DNA from: Candidatus Nanopelagicales bacterium
GTDB lineage: Bacteria; Actinomycetota; Actinomycetes; S36-B12; UBA5976
Assembly (NCBI GenBank): GCA_049428425.1
Contig: JBMTAF010000003.1
Span: forward strand, 1-35,850
DNA length: 35,850 bases
Direction of reading: 5' to 3'
The position numbers and the translations under genes were made by a program. Below, piece by piece: positions 19,672 through 28,782 of this stretch (position 1 is the stretch's first letter; each line of letters starts with the position of its first letter). The notes beneath the pieces are model-generated. The model was given only the letters and a program-made list of their open reading frames with translations, ran no database searches and was not told the DNA's origin.

Positions 19672-20406
19672 ATGCCCGTATATCGAGACGAAGCCATCGT
19701 GCTTCGGACACAGCGCCTGGGGGAAGCAGATCGAATTGTGACGCTGCTAACCCGCGAGCACGGGCAGCTGCGGGCGGTTGCTAAAGGTGTGCGCAAAACC
19801 AGCTCTCGCCTAGGAGCTCGGGTTGAACCATTTAGTCACGTAGATTTGATGCTTGCTCATGGCAAGAGTCTGGAGATTATTTCCCAGGCAGAGACGCTGT
19901 CCGCGTATGGTGCTGAGCTTGCCAAGGACTATCCAAAATGGACTGCTGGACAGGCGATGTTGGAAACCGCAGAGAAGCTGACTGCGGAAGGGCAAGAACC
20001 AGCATTACAACAATTCCTATTACTGCTAGCGGGATTGCGAAGTTTAGTTAATTCGGAACACGATCCTGGTTTAATTTTGGATGCCTTTATTTTGCGCTCA
20101 CTTGCAGTTGCAGGTTACGCACCTAGTTTCGCTGATTGTGCCCAGTGTGGTGAAAGCGGCCCGCACCGAGCATTCTCACCCAGCGCGGGTGGCATGGTTT
20201 GTAGTGGTTGTCGACCAATTGGTTCGGCAAGTCCAAGACCTGAAACCGTGGAGTTGATGTCAGCATTATTAACGGGAGAATGGGATGTTGCTGACCAGGC
20301 AAGTGCAATTAATCGACATGAATCAAGATCTTTAACTGCAGCCTATTTGACTTGGCAACTTGATCGACAATTAAGATCATTGCGATTAGTGGAGCGAACT
20401 CAATGA
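19672..20406 (+). CDS. recO: DNA repair protein RecO
   Basis: YRDEAIVLRTQRLGEADRIVTLLT, AVAKGVRK, CxxC...CxxC zinc finger; upstream of the isoprenyl transferase. Confidence 0.97.
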   Translation: MPVYRDEAIVLRTQRLGEADRIVTLLTREHGQLRAVAKGVRKTSSRLGARVEPFSHVDLMLAHGKSLEIISQAETLSAYGAELAKDYPKWTAGQAMLETAEKLTAEGQEPALQQFLLLLAGLRSLVNSEHDPGLILDAFILRSLAVAGYAPSFADCAQCGESGPHRAFSPSAGGMVCSGCRPIGSASPRPETVELMSALLTGEWDVADQASAINRHESRSLTAAYLTWQLDRQLRSLRLVERTQ

Positions 20407-21176
20407 GATCAAGTAACCGATATACGCTGCCACCATCGCATCACACTGGAGTTGCAGCACCAAACATCCCTAAAGGCAAAGTGCCGCAGCATATTGCGGT
20501 GGTAATGGATGGAAATGGCAGATGGGCAAAGAATCGGGGCCTGCCCCGCACTGCAGGTCATGAAGCTGGCGAAGCTGCGCTAGCCGAGATGGTTTATGGC
20601 GCGCTCGAGATCGGGATTACGCACCTAAGCGCGTTTGCTTTTTCCACTGAGAACTGGAAGCGTTCGCCAGAAGAAGTTAAGTTCCTGATGAACTTCAACA
20701 AAGATGTGCTGCGACGTCGTCGCGATGAATTCATGGATTTAGGTGTTCAGGTTAGATGGTCAGGTAGTGACAAACGATTATGGCGAAGTGTTATTGATGA
20801 ATTAAACGAATCTGTCGCAGTAACCAAACGGAATTCAAAATTAGTGCTGAATATGTGCGTGAACTATGGCGGTCGAGATGAGATTACAGCCGCAGTCAAA
20901 GAGATCGCGGCCGAAGTTGCAGCGGGGGAGCTATCGCCGGATCGAATAACCGAGAGCACAATTTCAAAACGTCTTTATGACCCTAAACTGCCAGATGTTG
21001 ATCTGTTCATCCGAACCTCAGGCGAGCAGCGAATCAGCAATTTCTTACTATGGCAATCAGCCTATGCGGAGTTTGTATTTCTACAAAAACTGTGGCCTGA
21101 TTGCGACCGATTAGATTTGTGGCGCGCGGTTACGGTTTACTCAGAGCGAGATCGAAGATTCGGCGGTACGAAGTGA
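20403..21176 (+). CDS. uppS: Isoprenyl transferase (undecaprenyl/decaprenyl diphosphate synthase)
   Basis: HIAVVMDGNGRWA, FSTENWKRS, NYGGR, IRTSGEQRISNFLLWQSAYAE, RRFGG. Confidence 0.97.
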   Translation: MRSSNRYTLPPSHHTGVAAPNIPKGKVPQHIAVVMDGNGRWAKNRGLPRTAGHEAGEAALAEMVYGALEIGITHLSAFAFSTENWKRSPEEVKFLMNFNKDVLRRRRDEFMDLGVQVRWSGSDKRLWRSVIDELNESVAVTKRNSKLVLNMCVNYGGRDEITAAVKEIAAEVAAGELSPDRITESTISKRLYDPKLPDVDLFIRTSGEQRISNFLLWQSAYAEFVFLQKLWPDCDRLDLWRAVTVYSERDRRFGGTK

Positions 21177-21547
21177 TTGTGGTGACCGTACACCAAGTTC
21201 CAGCTGAGCAAGCGGAACATTTTGCGCAGTTAGCAGCTAAATGGTTAACCCAATTAGCAAAATTGCCTGGCTGGATATCCGGCAGTTTGGGCAGATCAGT
21301 TGATGAGATTGATCATTGGTTAATCCAACAACAGTGGGAAGATGCTGGAAGTTGTCGCCGCGGTTTGTCAGCAACAGAGCTGCGGCCGATGGCTTTTGAA
21401 TTAGCAAAATCAGCAATTTCTGAAGTTTCAACTTTTGAAACGCTATTGATTGCGACTTACGACCAGGTTAAGACCTTTGATTCGATTCGAGCAGCCGATG
21501 CGGACTCTTTTTCGTTAAGTGATAACAAGTTGATTGATGAAGTTTAA
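21173..21547 (+). CDS. Antibiotic-biosynthesis-monooxygenase (ABM, dimeric alpha+beta barrel) domain protein
   Basis: Pattern L...PGWISGSLGRSVDE...W....W matches the ABM fold. GTGA coupling to uppS gives the 21173 start. Confidence 0.65.
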   Translation: MIVVTVHQVPAEQAEHFAQLAAKWLTQLAKLPGWISGSLGRSVDEIDHWLIQQQWEDAGSCRRGLSATELRPMAFELAKSAISEVSTFETLLIATYDQVKTFDSIRAADADSFSLSDNKLIDEV

Positions 21548-21995
21548 AAATTTCTCCGAGGCCACTGATGTTTTGATTTCCGAGTTAGCAAAATCAGCAC
21601 TTCTGAATACGAATTGGCAAGCGTTAGCTGTTGGTGAGATCTCTCGAAATATTGCAACTAAGGTAGCGGCTCAATTTGATTTGACCCTAGGCGTTATTGA
21701 AGTTCACCGCGAAGTTGACGAATTAGGCTATGTCAATCAACTTAAAATTCAATTACCAGAGATTCTCAAACCCAAACTGTTGATTTGTGACTTAGGGGTA
21801 GAAACTGGTACTACCGCTTCGGCAATTGCAGAAATACTGCTTGCCAGTGACGCAATTGATGAGCTAGCGATTGCGGCCTTGGTTGTGCCAAAAGAGATGC
21901 TGCCGCTGTTGCGAGCCAACTTTCACCATGTCATCTCAGCCCGCTCACCGTTGATTCGGCGCAGTTTGGCTTGGGAATTTGAGGAGTTTGCCTGA
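21537..21995 (+). CDS. Short phosphoribosyltransferase-fold protein with degenerate PRPP loop
   Basis: LLICDLGVETGTTA resembles the type I PRTase PRPP-binding motif hhhhDDhhxTGxT, followed by a beta strand LAIAALV. Confidence 0.6.
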   Translation: MKFKNFSEATDVLISELAKSALLNTNWQALAVGEISRNIATKVAAQFDLTLGVIEVHREVDELGYVNQLKIQLPEILKPKLLICDLGVETGTTASAIAEILLASDAIDELAIAALVVPKEMLPLLRANFHHVISARSPLIRRSLAWEFEEFA

Positions 21996-22034
21996 AGGGC
22001 AGCGCCGCAATGATGAAGTCATAGCCGCAAGCGA

Positions 22035-22040
22035 TAGGCT
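22035..22040 (+). promoter_or_regulatory. Candidate -10 element of glyQS
   Basis: TAGGCT (TAnnnT type) 36 nt upstream of ATG; SD-like GGAAGGA just before the start. Confidence 0.5.
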
Positions 22041-22076
22041 CACCCGACCGCCGACAGCCAGCCGGAAGGATGGATC

Positions 22077-23468
22077 ATGGCAAATCGCCAAACCTCAAAT
22101 GTTGATGCTGTTGTTAACCTCGCTAAGCGCCGAGGTTTTGTTTATGCCTCCAGTGAGATCTATGGTGGAACTCGCTCTGCTTGGGATTATGGCCCGCTAG
22201 GTGTGGAGCTAAAGGAGAACATCCGCCGGCAATGGTGGCGCACCATGGTGCGCGAGCGCGATGATGTGGTGGGACTGGATTCATCCATTATCTTGGCACC
22301 GCAAGTTTGGGAAGCATCAGGACACGTTGGCGCATTCTCTGATCCATTAACTGAGTGCAAGAACTGTCACAAAAGATTTAGAGCAGATCAACTGCTAGAA
22401 GAGTACGAGAATAAACACGGCAAACCTGCTGATGGTGGGTTAGCTGGAATTGGTTGTTCGAACTGCGGTGTTAAGGGGCAGTTCACTGAACCGCGAGATT
22501 TCAACGGCATGCTGCGAACCACTATTGGTGTGGTGGAAGATGAAGGTTCACTTCATTATCTGCGTCCCGAAACAGCACAGGGGATTTTTGTTAACTTTCA
22601 AAACGTGCTGACGTCAGCTCGGAAAAAGCCACCATTTGGTATTGCTCAAACAGGTAAATCGTTCCGAAATGAGATTACACCAGGAAACTTCATCTTCCGA
22701 ACTCGAGAGTTCGAACAAATGGAGATGGAATTCTTTGTTAAGCCTGGTGACGATGAGCAATGGCATGATTATTGGTTAGATCAACGATGGAATTGGTATG
22801 TTGATTTAGGAATCGATCCAGATAACCTGCGTAAATACGAGCATCCAAAAGAGAAGCTATCACACTATTCGAAACGAACGGTTGATATTGAGTACCGATT
22901 CCAGTTTGCCGGTTCTGAGTGGGCGGAGCTTGAAGGTGTTGCAAACCGAACCGATTTTGATCTCACCACCCATAGCAATCATTCGGGCAGTGATCTCTCA
23001 TACTTTGATCAAGAATCTGGTGAGCGTTGGATGCCATATGTGATTGAGCCAGCTGCTGGTCTAACCAGATGTGTGTTGGCATTTTTGTTGGATTCATATG
23101 ATGAAGACAAAGCCCCAAACAGCAAAGGTGGCGAAGATGTTCGCACTGTACTTCGACTTGATCCTCGATTAGCTCCAGTAAAAATCGCCGTGCTGCCACT
23201 TTCTCGAAATGCTGAGTTATCACCAAAGGCAAAAGATTTAGCAGCACATTTGCGAAAAACCTATAACGTTGAGTTTGATGATTCCGGTGCCATTGGTCGT
23301 CGATATCGCCGACAAGATGAGATTGGCACGCCTTATTGTGTAACCGTAGATTTTGATACGCTAGAAGATCAAGCAGTCACGGTTCGAGAACGCGATTCTA
23401 TGGAACAGCAGCGAATTGGAATTGATCAATTGACCAGCTGGTTTGCTCAACGATTACCAGTTGCCTAA
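22077..23468 (+). CDS. glyQS: Glycine--tRNA ligase, homodimeric (alpha2) type
   Basis: [47 protein letters not shown], anticodon domain [14 protein letters not shown]. Confidence 0.98.
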   Translation: MANRQTSNVDAVVNLAKRRGFVYASSEIYGGTRSAWDYGPLGVELKENIRRQWWRTMVRERDDVVGLDSSIILAPQVWEASGHVGAFSDPLTECKNCHKRFRADQLLEEYENKHGKPADGGLAGIGCSNCGVKGQFTEPRDFNGMLRTTIGVVEDEGSLHYLRPETAQGIFVNFQNVLTSARKKPPFGIAQTGKSFRNEITPGNFIFRTREFEQMEMEFFVKPGDDEQWHDYWLDQRWNWYVDLGIDPDNLRKYEHPKEKLSHYSKRTVDIEYRFQFAGSEWAELEGVANRTDFDLTTHSNHSGSDLSYFDQESGERWMPYVIEPAAGLTRCVLAFLLDSYDEDKAPNSKGGEDVRTVLRLDPRLAPVKIAVLPLSRNAELSPKAKDLAAHLRKTYNVEFDDSGAIGRRYRRQDEIGTPYCVTVDFDTLEDQAVTVRERDSMEQQRIGIDQLTSWFAQRLPVA

Positions 23469-23472
23469 CCAA

Positions 23473-24648
23473 ATGACCGTAACCGCCGTAACACCAATTC
23501 AAACGCCTCGCTTTCAGGTTGATCCGCCAGTGGTATTGGCACCAATGGCTGGAATTACCAATAGCGCGTTTCGCCGGCTGTGCCGGGAATATGGTGCTGG
23601 GCTGTATGTCTCTGAGATGGTTACCTCTAGAGCATTGGTGGAGCGCAATGAAGAGACGATTCAGATGGTTACCTTTGAGCCAGACGAGACACCACGATCT
23701 GTTCAACTATATGGCGTTTCACCGAAGGTAATAGCGGCCGCAGTTAAATTATTAATTACCGAAGATAGAGCAGATCACATCGATCTAAACATGGGATGTC
23801 CAGTGCCAAAGGTTACCCGAAAAGGGGGCGGCGCAGCATTACCGTTCAAACGCAATTTGTTTCGCGACATCATTCGAGCAGCGGTAACAACGGCAAATGA
23901 GACGGCATCCAATCTTGGCGTGAAACCAGTTCCAGTTACAGTAAAGATGCGCTTAGGTATCGATCATGACCATTTAACGTTTCGAGAGGCAGGTCTTACT
24001 GCAGCGAATGAAGGTGTAGCGTGGGTTGCGCTGCATGCTCGAACTGCAGCGCAGATGTATGCCCCAAGCGCTGATTGGTCGCAGATCAAAGTGTTAGTAG
24101 ATGATCTAGCACCACTTGGTGTACCGGTTTTGGGTAATGGCGATATTTGGCAAGCGAGCGATGCGGTGCGAATGATGACGGAAACTGGCTGCGCCGGAGT
24201 AGTAGTAGGTCGGGGCTGTTTAGGCAGGCCCTGGTTGTTTGCGCAGCTAGCTGCAGCAATGCAAGGTCGACCAATTCCGAAAGATCCTGATTTAGCTCAA
24301 GTACTGCACACCATGGCGCGCCATGCCCAGTTGTTAACTGAGTTATATGGTGAATTTAAAGGCTGTCGAGACTTTAGAAAACATGTAGCTTGGTACCTGA
24401 AAGGTTTCCGAGTGGGTTCGGAAATTAGAGCCAAGCTAGGCATGGTTTCGTCATTAGCAGAGTTAGATCAACTATTAAGTCTGATAGATGCTGATCAAGA
24501 ATTTCCAAGCGTGGCCGATGGTCCTCGCGGTAGAACCTCAAGTGAGCGGCCAGTTAGTTTGCCGCAAGGTTGGTTAGATTCGCCAGATGAATTAGGCGAA
24601 TTTGCCGCCGATTTAGCTGCAGCTGAATTAGATGTAAGTGGTGGCTGA
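23473..24648 (+). CDS. dusB: tRNA-dihydrouridine synthase DusB
   Basis: LAPMAG, DLNMGCP, GGGAAL, PVTVKMR, HART, GNGDI, GRGCLGRPWLF. Confidence 0.96.
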   Translation: MTVTAVTPIQTPRFQVDPPVVLAPMAGITNSAFRRLCREYGAGLYVSEMVTSRALVERNEETIQMVTFEPDETPRSVQLYGVSPKVIAAAVKLLITEDRADHIDLNMGCPVPKVTRKGGGAALPFKRNLFRDIIRAAVTTANETASNLGVKPVPVTVKMRLGIDHDHLTFREAGLTAANEGVAWVALHARTAAQMYAPSADWSQIKVLVDDLAPLGVPVLGNGDIWQASDAVRMMTETGCAGVVVGRGCLGRPWLFAQLAAAMQGRPIPKDPDLAQVLHTMARHAQLLTELYGEFKGCRDFRKHVAWYLKGFRVGSEIRAKLGMVSSLAELDQLLSLIDADQEFPSVADGPRGRTSSERPVSLPQGWLDSPDELGEFAADLAAAELDVSGG

Positions 24649-25241
24649 TGCATATAGTTAGAACATTTGTAGTTATTTCAATTTCGACTGTCTTTGTCGT
24701 GATCTTGGGAATTTCAGCTTGGGTGGTAAATATTGGTGGCAAAGATGTACTTTATCGATCAGATGCGATTGTAGTGTTAGGAGCGGCGCAATTTGATGGT
24801 AGGCCATCAGATGTGCTGCAGGCTCGGCTAGATCGCGCGTACGAGTTGTGGAAAGTAAGAACTGCCCGAAAAGTAATTACCACCGGTTCAAATCAACCAG
24901 GGGATAGAACAACTGAAGCCCAAACTGGGCGAAGATATCTGCTAAGCAAGGGCATGAGTCGAGCATCAGTTATTGCAGTAGCAAAAGGCACCAATACGTT
25001 AGACAGTTTGCGTGCGGTTGATCATCGACTGAAAGATTTAGGTGCAACCAGAGTTACTGTAGTAACTGATCCAGCTCATATGGTTCGAAGTTTGATTATT
25101 GTTCGCGATATGGGCTATGAAGCGTTTGGGGCACCAACTCGAAACGGCGCCGGTTCCGCTATGACATTCAGCTATGTGGCAAGAGAGACTGCCGCCGTGC
25201 TGCGCTATTTGCTGCTGCAACGAACTGGGATTTTGTCATGA
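24648..25241 (+). CDS. YdcF/DUF218-family membrane-anchored protein
   Basis: N-terminal TM, DAIVVLGAAQ, L..RLD.A, TTG, TEA, NT, VVTDPAHMVR. Confidence 0.88.
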   Translation: MHIVRTFVVISISTVFVVILGISAWVVNIGGKDVLYRSDAIVVLGAAQFDGRPSDVLQARLDRAYELWKVRTARKVITTGSNQPGDRTTEAQTGRRYLLSKGMSRASVIAVAKGTNTLDSLRAVDHRLKDLGATRVTVVTDPAHMVRSLIIVRDMGYEAFGAPTRNGAGSAMTFSYVARETAAVLRYLLLQRTGILS

Positions 25242-26449
25242 GTTATTCGGCTTATGATGAGGCTAGATACATTGTTGAAATCCCAGGCAATCCAACCCGC
25301 TCGCAGTTTGCTCGCGATCGAGCTCGGGTTTTACATTCACTATCACTACGTAGGTTAGCTTCCAAAACCCAAGTGCTCACCGCCGCCCAACATGATTTTC
25401 CCCGCTCCCGCTTAACCCATACCTTGGAGGTAGCCCAGATTGCCCGCGAGTTGGGCGATAGTTTGGGAGCAGATCCAGACTTGGTTGAAACCGCAGCACT
25501 CACTCATGATGTTGGGCATCCACCGTTTGGTCATAATGGTGAAGATGCCTTAAATGAGTTAGCCGCCGAGATTGGTGGTTTTGAAGGTAATGCTCAAACG
25601 TTTCGAGTGCTTACCAGATTAGAAACTAAAGTATTAGATGAAAATCGAAGCTATGGATTAAATCTAACTCGAGCTACGTTAGATGCCGCAAGTAAATATC
25701 CGTGGCTGAAAAAATCTGGTTTAGTTAAATACGGTGCCTACGAAGATGATAAAACGTTGTTTGATTGGGTTAGAGCAGGGGCAAGCAGCGATCAGGTTTG
25801 TTTTGAAGCCCAAGTTATGGATTTTGCTGATGACGTTGCTTACTCGGTACATGATGTTGAAGATGCCATACATGCTGGTCATATCGATTTACGACTGCTG
25901 CATGATCCAGCTGAGCAGATGCTAATTGTCTCCGAATGCATTGCGAGATACCTGCCAACTGCATCTGCAAATGAATTGCTGGCAGCATTGGATCGAATTA
26001 TGAAGTTGCCCCAATGGCCACAAAGTTTTGATGGCTCACGCAGTTCGGTGACTCAACTTAAAGCGATCACTTCAACATTAATCGGTAGATTTGTTGGCGC
26101 AGCTGAGCAAGCCACCAAATCAGCATTTGGCGATCAAATCCAGCGATACCAAGGAAGCCTTATCGTTCCGGCTGATATCAGAGCTGAAGTTGCGGTGCTA
26201 AAGACACTTGCGGTGGCATATGTAATGCAGCGTGCCGCCATGGCAAAGCAGTATGCCCAGCAGCGGGAGTTGTTGGCTGAGCTATATGAAGCGCTGCTGC
26301 GCTCTGGGGTAACTGAATTAGACCAGATTCATCAAGAGGCCTTTAATGCGGCAACAACCGACGCTCAGCGCAATCGGGTTGTGGTAGACCAGATCGCCAA
26401 TTTGACCGACATCACCGCAGTGCAGTGGCACCAGCGGCTGTGTAAGTAA
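25238..26449 (+). CDS. dgt: Deoxyguanosinetriphosphate triphosphohydrolase (HD domain)
   Basis: RDRARVLHS, KTQV, RLTHTLEV, HDVGHPPFGHNGE, FEGNAQ, ADDVAYSVHDVED; directly upstream of dnaG. Confidence 0.96.
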   Translation: MSYSAYDEARYIVEIPGNPTRSQFARDRARVLHSLSLRRLASKTQVLTAAQHDFPRSRLTHTLEVAQIARELGDSLGADPDLVETAALTHDVGHPPFGHNGEDALNELAAEIGGFEGNAQTFRVLTRLETKVLDENRSYGLNLTRATLDAASKYPWLKKSGLVKYGAYEDDKTLFDWVRAGASSDQVCFEAQVMDFADDVAYSVHDVEDAIHAGHIDLRLLHDPAEQMLIVSECIARYLPTASANELLAALDRIMKLPQWPQSFDGSRSSVTQLKAITSTLIGRFVGAAEQATKSAFGDQIQRYQGSLIVPADIRAEVAVLKTLAVAYVMQRAAMAKQYAQQRELLAELYEALLRSGVTELDQIHQEAFNAATTDAQRNRVVVDQIANLTDITAVQWHQRLCK

Positions 26450-26473
26450 TCGGCACCGATTCCCAGCGCCACC

Positions 26474-26479
26474 TAGAAT
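26474..26479 (+). promoter_or_regulatory. -10 element of a probable leaderless dnaG promoter
   Basis: TAGAAT followed by 6 nt and then ATG 26486; no SD. Confidence 0.6.
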
Positions 26480-26485
26480 TACCCC

Positions 26486-28300
26486 ATGGCCGGCCGAATT
26501 CACGATGAGGATGTTGCTGCAGTTCGCGAGCGCTCTCGAATAGATGATGTGGTTCGGGATTACCTAACGTTGAAACCAGCTGGCGGCGGCAGTCTGAAGG
26601 GAATCTGCCCATTTCATGACGAGAAGACACCATCGTTTCACGTAACGCCGAGCAAGGGCTTGTGGTTTTGCTTTGGTTGCAATGAAGGTGGTGATACCGT
26701 CAACTTTATTCAACGCGTTGATCATCTAACCTTCAGCGAGGCGATTGAAAAACTTGCTGGCAAACTTGGCATGTCACTTAGATACGTGGCAGCTGCTGGC
26801 AATAGCAAACCGGTTGGAAATCGAACCAGATTAGTTGAAGCCAATAAATTAGCTGAGCAGTTTTATCAAGCGCAGTTGGCAACTCCTGCCGCTGAGATCG
26901 GTCGTAATTTTTTGCAATCTCGTGGCTTCGATAAGGCAGCAGCCGAACAGTTTGGTGTTGGTTATGCACCAGATGAATGGGGAGCGCTAACTGAACACTT
27001 AAGAAAAAAGGGTTTTACTGATGAGGAACTCAAAACCGCTGGCTTAGCAATTGACGGTCAACGGGGAGTTTATGATCGATTTCGTGGCCGATTAATCTGG
27101 CCGATAAAAGATTCATCAGGCGACACTATTGGATTTGGTGCTCGCAAATTAAAAGACAGTGATGATGGTCCTAAGTATTTAAATACCCCAGAGACACCGT
27201 TATATAAGAAAAGTCAGGTGTTATACGGAATTGACCTGGCTCGCAAAGAGATTGCTCGGCGCCGACAAGCTGTAATTGTTGAAGGTTATACCGATGTGAT
27301 GGCAGCGCACTTAAGTGGCGTGGCGACCGCAGTTGCGACCTGCGGCACTGCCTTTGGTGAAGATCATGTGCGCATTTTGCGCCGGTTACTAATGGATCAA
27401 GAAGAACTTCGTGGCGAAGTTATTTTTACCTTCGATGGTGATGCAGCCGGGCAGAAAGCGGCTTTAAAAGCATTTGAATTGGATTCGCAAATCACCAGTC
27501 AAACTTTTGTGGCAATTGAACCTACTGGACTTGATCCTTGTGACTTGAGATTGCAGCATGGACCAGAAGCAGTGCGAGAATTAGTTGCCAGACGGGTTCC
27601 GCTGTTTGAATTTGCAATTAAATCCAGCATCAATCAATACCCAATTACAACTCCTGAAGGTAGGGTGGCGGCAACCAGAGCAATTGCACCGATGATCGCT
27701 GGCATCAAGGATCCAGCGCTTCGGCCGGAATACTTACGTCTTGCTGCAGGTTGGATTGGGGTTGAGCCAGCTGCGCTGAAAGATGCGATGGGAAAGAAAG
27801 GGAAACCTACGGCAACGGAGAGTTTGCCAAGCATTGATCTACTCGATCCGGTGGTTCGAGTGGAGCGGGAGGCGCTCAAGATTGCGTTACAGCATCCAGA
27901 CTTACTACCTGAGTGGTTTGCTGCGATTGAAGAATCATCATTCTCGATCAAACCGCATCAAGCGGCCTTTCTGGCCATCTCGCAAGTTTCAAGTGTTTCT
28001 GCAACTGACTTTGTTTCTACACTACTTGATACCACTTCGGATCCAGAGGCAGTAAATCTGATTCGCGCATTGCTAGTTGAGCCGATCCAATCAAGTGAAG
28101 ATCAGCTAGAGCGATATGGCAAAGCAGTTTATGCCCGGGTGATGGAGTTAGATGCCACTCGGCAGATTGCAGATCTAAAGCGCACACTGCAGCGACTTAA
28201 TCCAGTAGATGAACAGGCAGAATACGACAAATTGTTTGCCGAGTTAGTTGCGCTGGAGCAACATCGACGAACGTTGCGCGAACAAGCAATGGGTATTTGA
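26486..28300 (+). CDS. dnaG: DNA primase
   Basis: CPFHDEKTPSF...CFGC zinc ribbon, DRFRGR, PKYLNTPET, TOPRIM EGYTDV and FDGD, DPCD, C-terminal DnaB-binding region. Confidence 0.99.
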   Translation: MAGRIHDEDVAAVRERSRIDDVVRDYLTLKPAGGGSLKGICPFHDEKTPSFHVTPSKGLWFCFGCNEGGDTVNFIQRVDHLTFSEAIEKLAGKLGMSLRYVAAAGNSKPVGNRTRLVEANKLAEQFYQAQLATPAAEIGRNFLQSRGFDKAAAEQFGVGYAPDEWGALTEHLRKKGFTDEELKTAGLAIDGQRGVYDRFRGRLIWPIKDSSGDTIGFGARKLKDSDDGPKYLNTPETPLYKKSQVLYGIDLARKEIARRRQAVIVEGYTDVMAAHLSGVATAVATCGTAFGEDHVRILRRLLMDQEELRGEVIFTFDGDAAGQKAALKAFELDSQITSQTFVAIEPTGLDPCDLRLQHGPEAVRELVARRVPLFEFAIKSSINQYPITTPEGRVAATRAIAPMIAGIKDPALRPEYLRLAAGWIGVEPAALKDAMGKKGKPTATESLPSIDLLDPVVRVEREALKIALQHPDLLPEWFAAIEESSFSIKPHQAAFLAISQVSSVSATDFVSTLLDTTSDPEAVNLIRALLVEPIQSSEDQLERYGKAVYARVMELDATRQIADLKRTLQRLNPVDEQAEYDKLFAELVALEQHRRTLREQAMGI

Positions 28301-28782
28301 TTGTGTTTGGTCGCAATCAAAAAATCCCGCCAGAAGTAAAAGCGCTAGCCGAAGGAGAGAAATTACTCTCCTTCACACAAAGCCAGCTTGGCTTAATTGT
28401 TGCAACTGAAGTTGGGTTGAAAGCAGCTGAATTCAATATTCCCTGGCCGGCAATGTTCCAGGCAAGTTTTGATCCACCAAACTTGGAAATTCGATATCAA
28501 TCCACCACCAAAAATCAGGTGCTAAAGCTTATCCTGAATCCAAATTTGGAGCCGAATGATTTTCCAAATTTGGTTCGAGCCAAAGTAACCTCAAATGTAA
28601 TTGCTCAGATGGAATTTGAATATGAACCTGAATTAATGGTAACCATCTCAGCTCGCCGCGCAAGCCCAACTGAGATTAATTTTGTGGTTACCGCTAGTGC
28701 TGGAATTGAATCTAATTCACCGAAGTTTCAATTGTGGGCGAAAGAAAAAGTAGCTGAGTTCAAAGAGACGTTTGGTCTTTAA
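28297..28782 (+). CDS. Hypothetical protein coupled to dnaG
   Basis: 161-aa ORF overlapping the dnaG stop (TTGA) and filling the gap to fabF; no recognisable catalytic motif. Confidence 0.7.
   Translation: MIVFGRNQKIPPEVKALAEGEKLLSFTQSQLGLIVATEVGLKAAEFNIPWPAMFQASFDPPNLEIRYQSTTKNQVLKLILNPNLEPNDFPNLVRAKVTSNVIAQMEFEYEPELMVTISARRASPTEINFVVTASAGIESNSPKFQLWAKEKVAEFKETFGL

Noticed and set aside
21996-22076. T-box, riboswitch or Zur box upstream of glyQS
   Set aside because: The spacer is only 81 nt with no T-box sequence or terminator. ATGA-N5-TCAT does not match the longer spacing I expect of a Zur box.
25238-26449. dGTPase as an antiphage nucleotide-depletion system
   Set aside because: It sits in the conserved housekeeping dusB-dgt-dnaG context with no defence-island neighbours.
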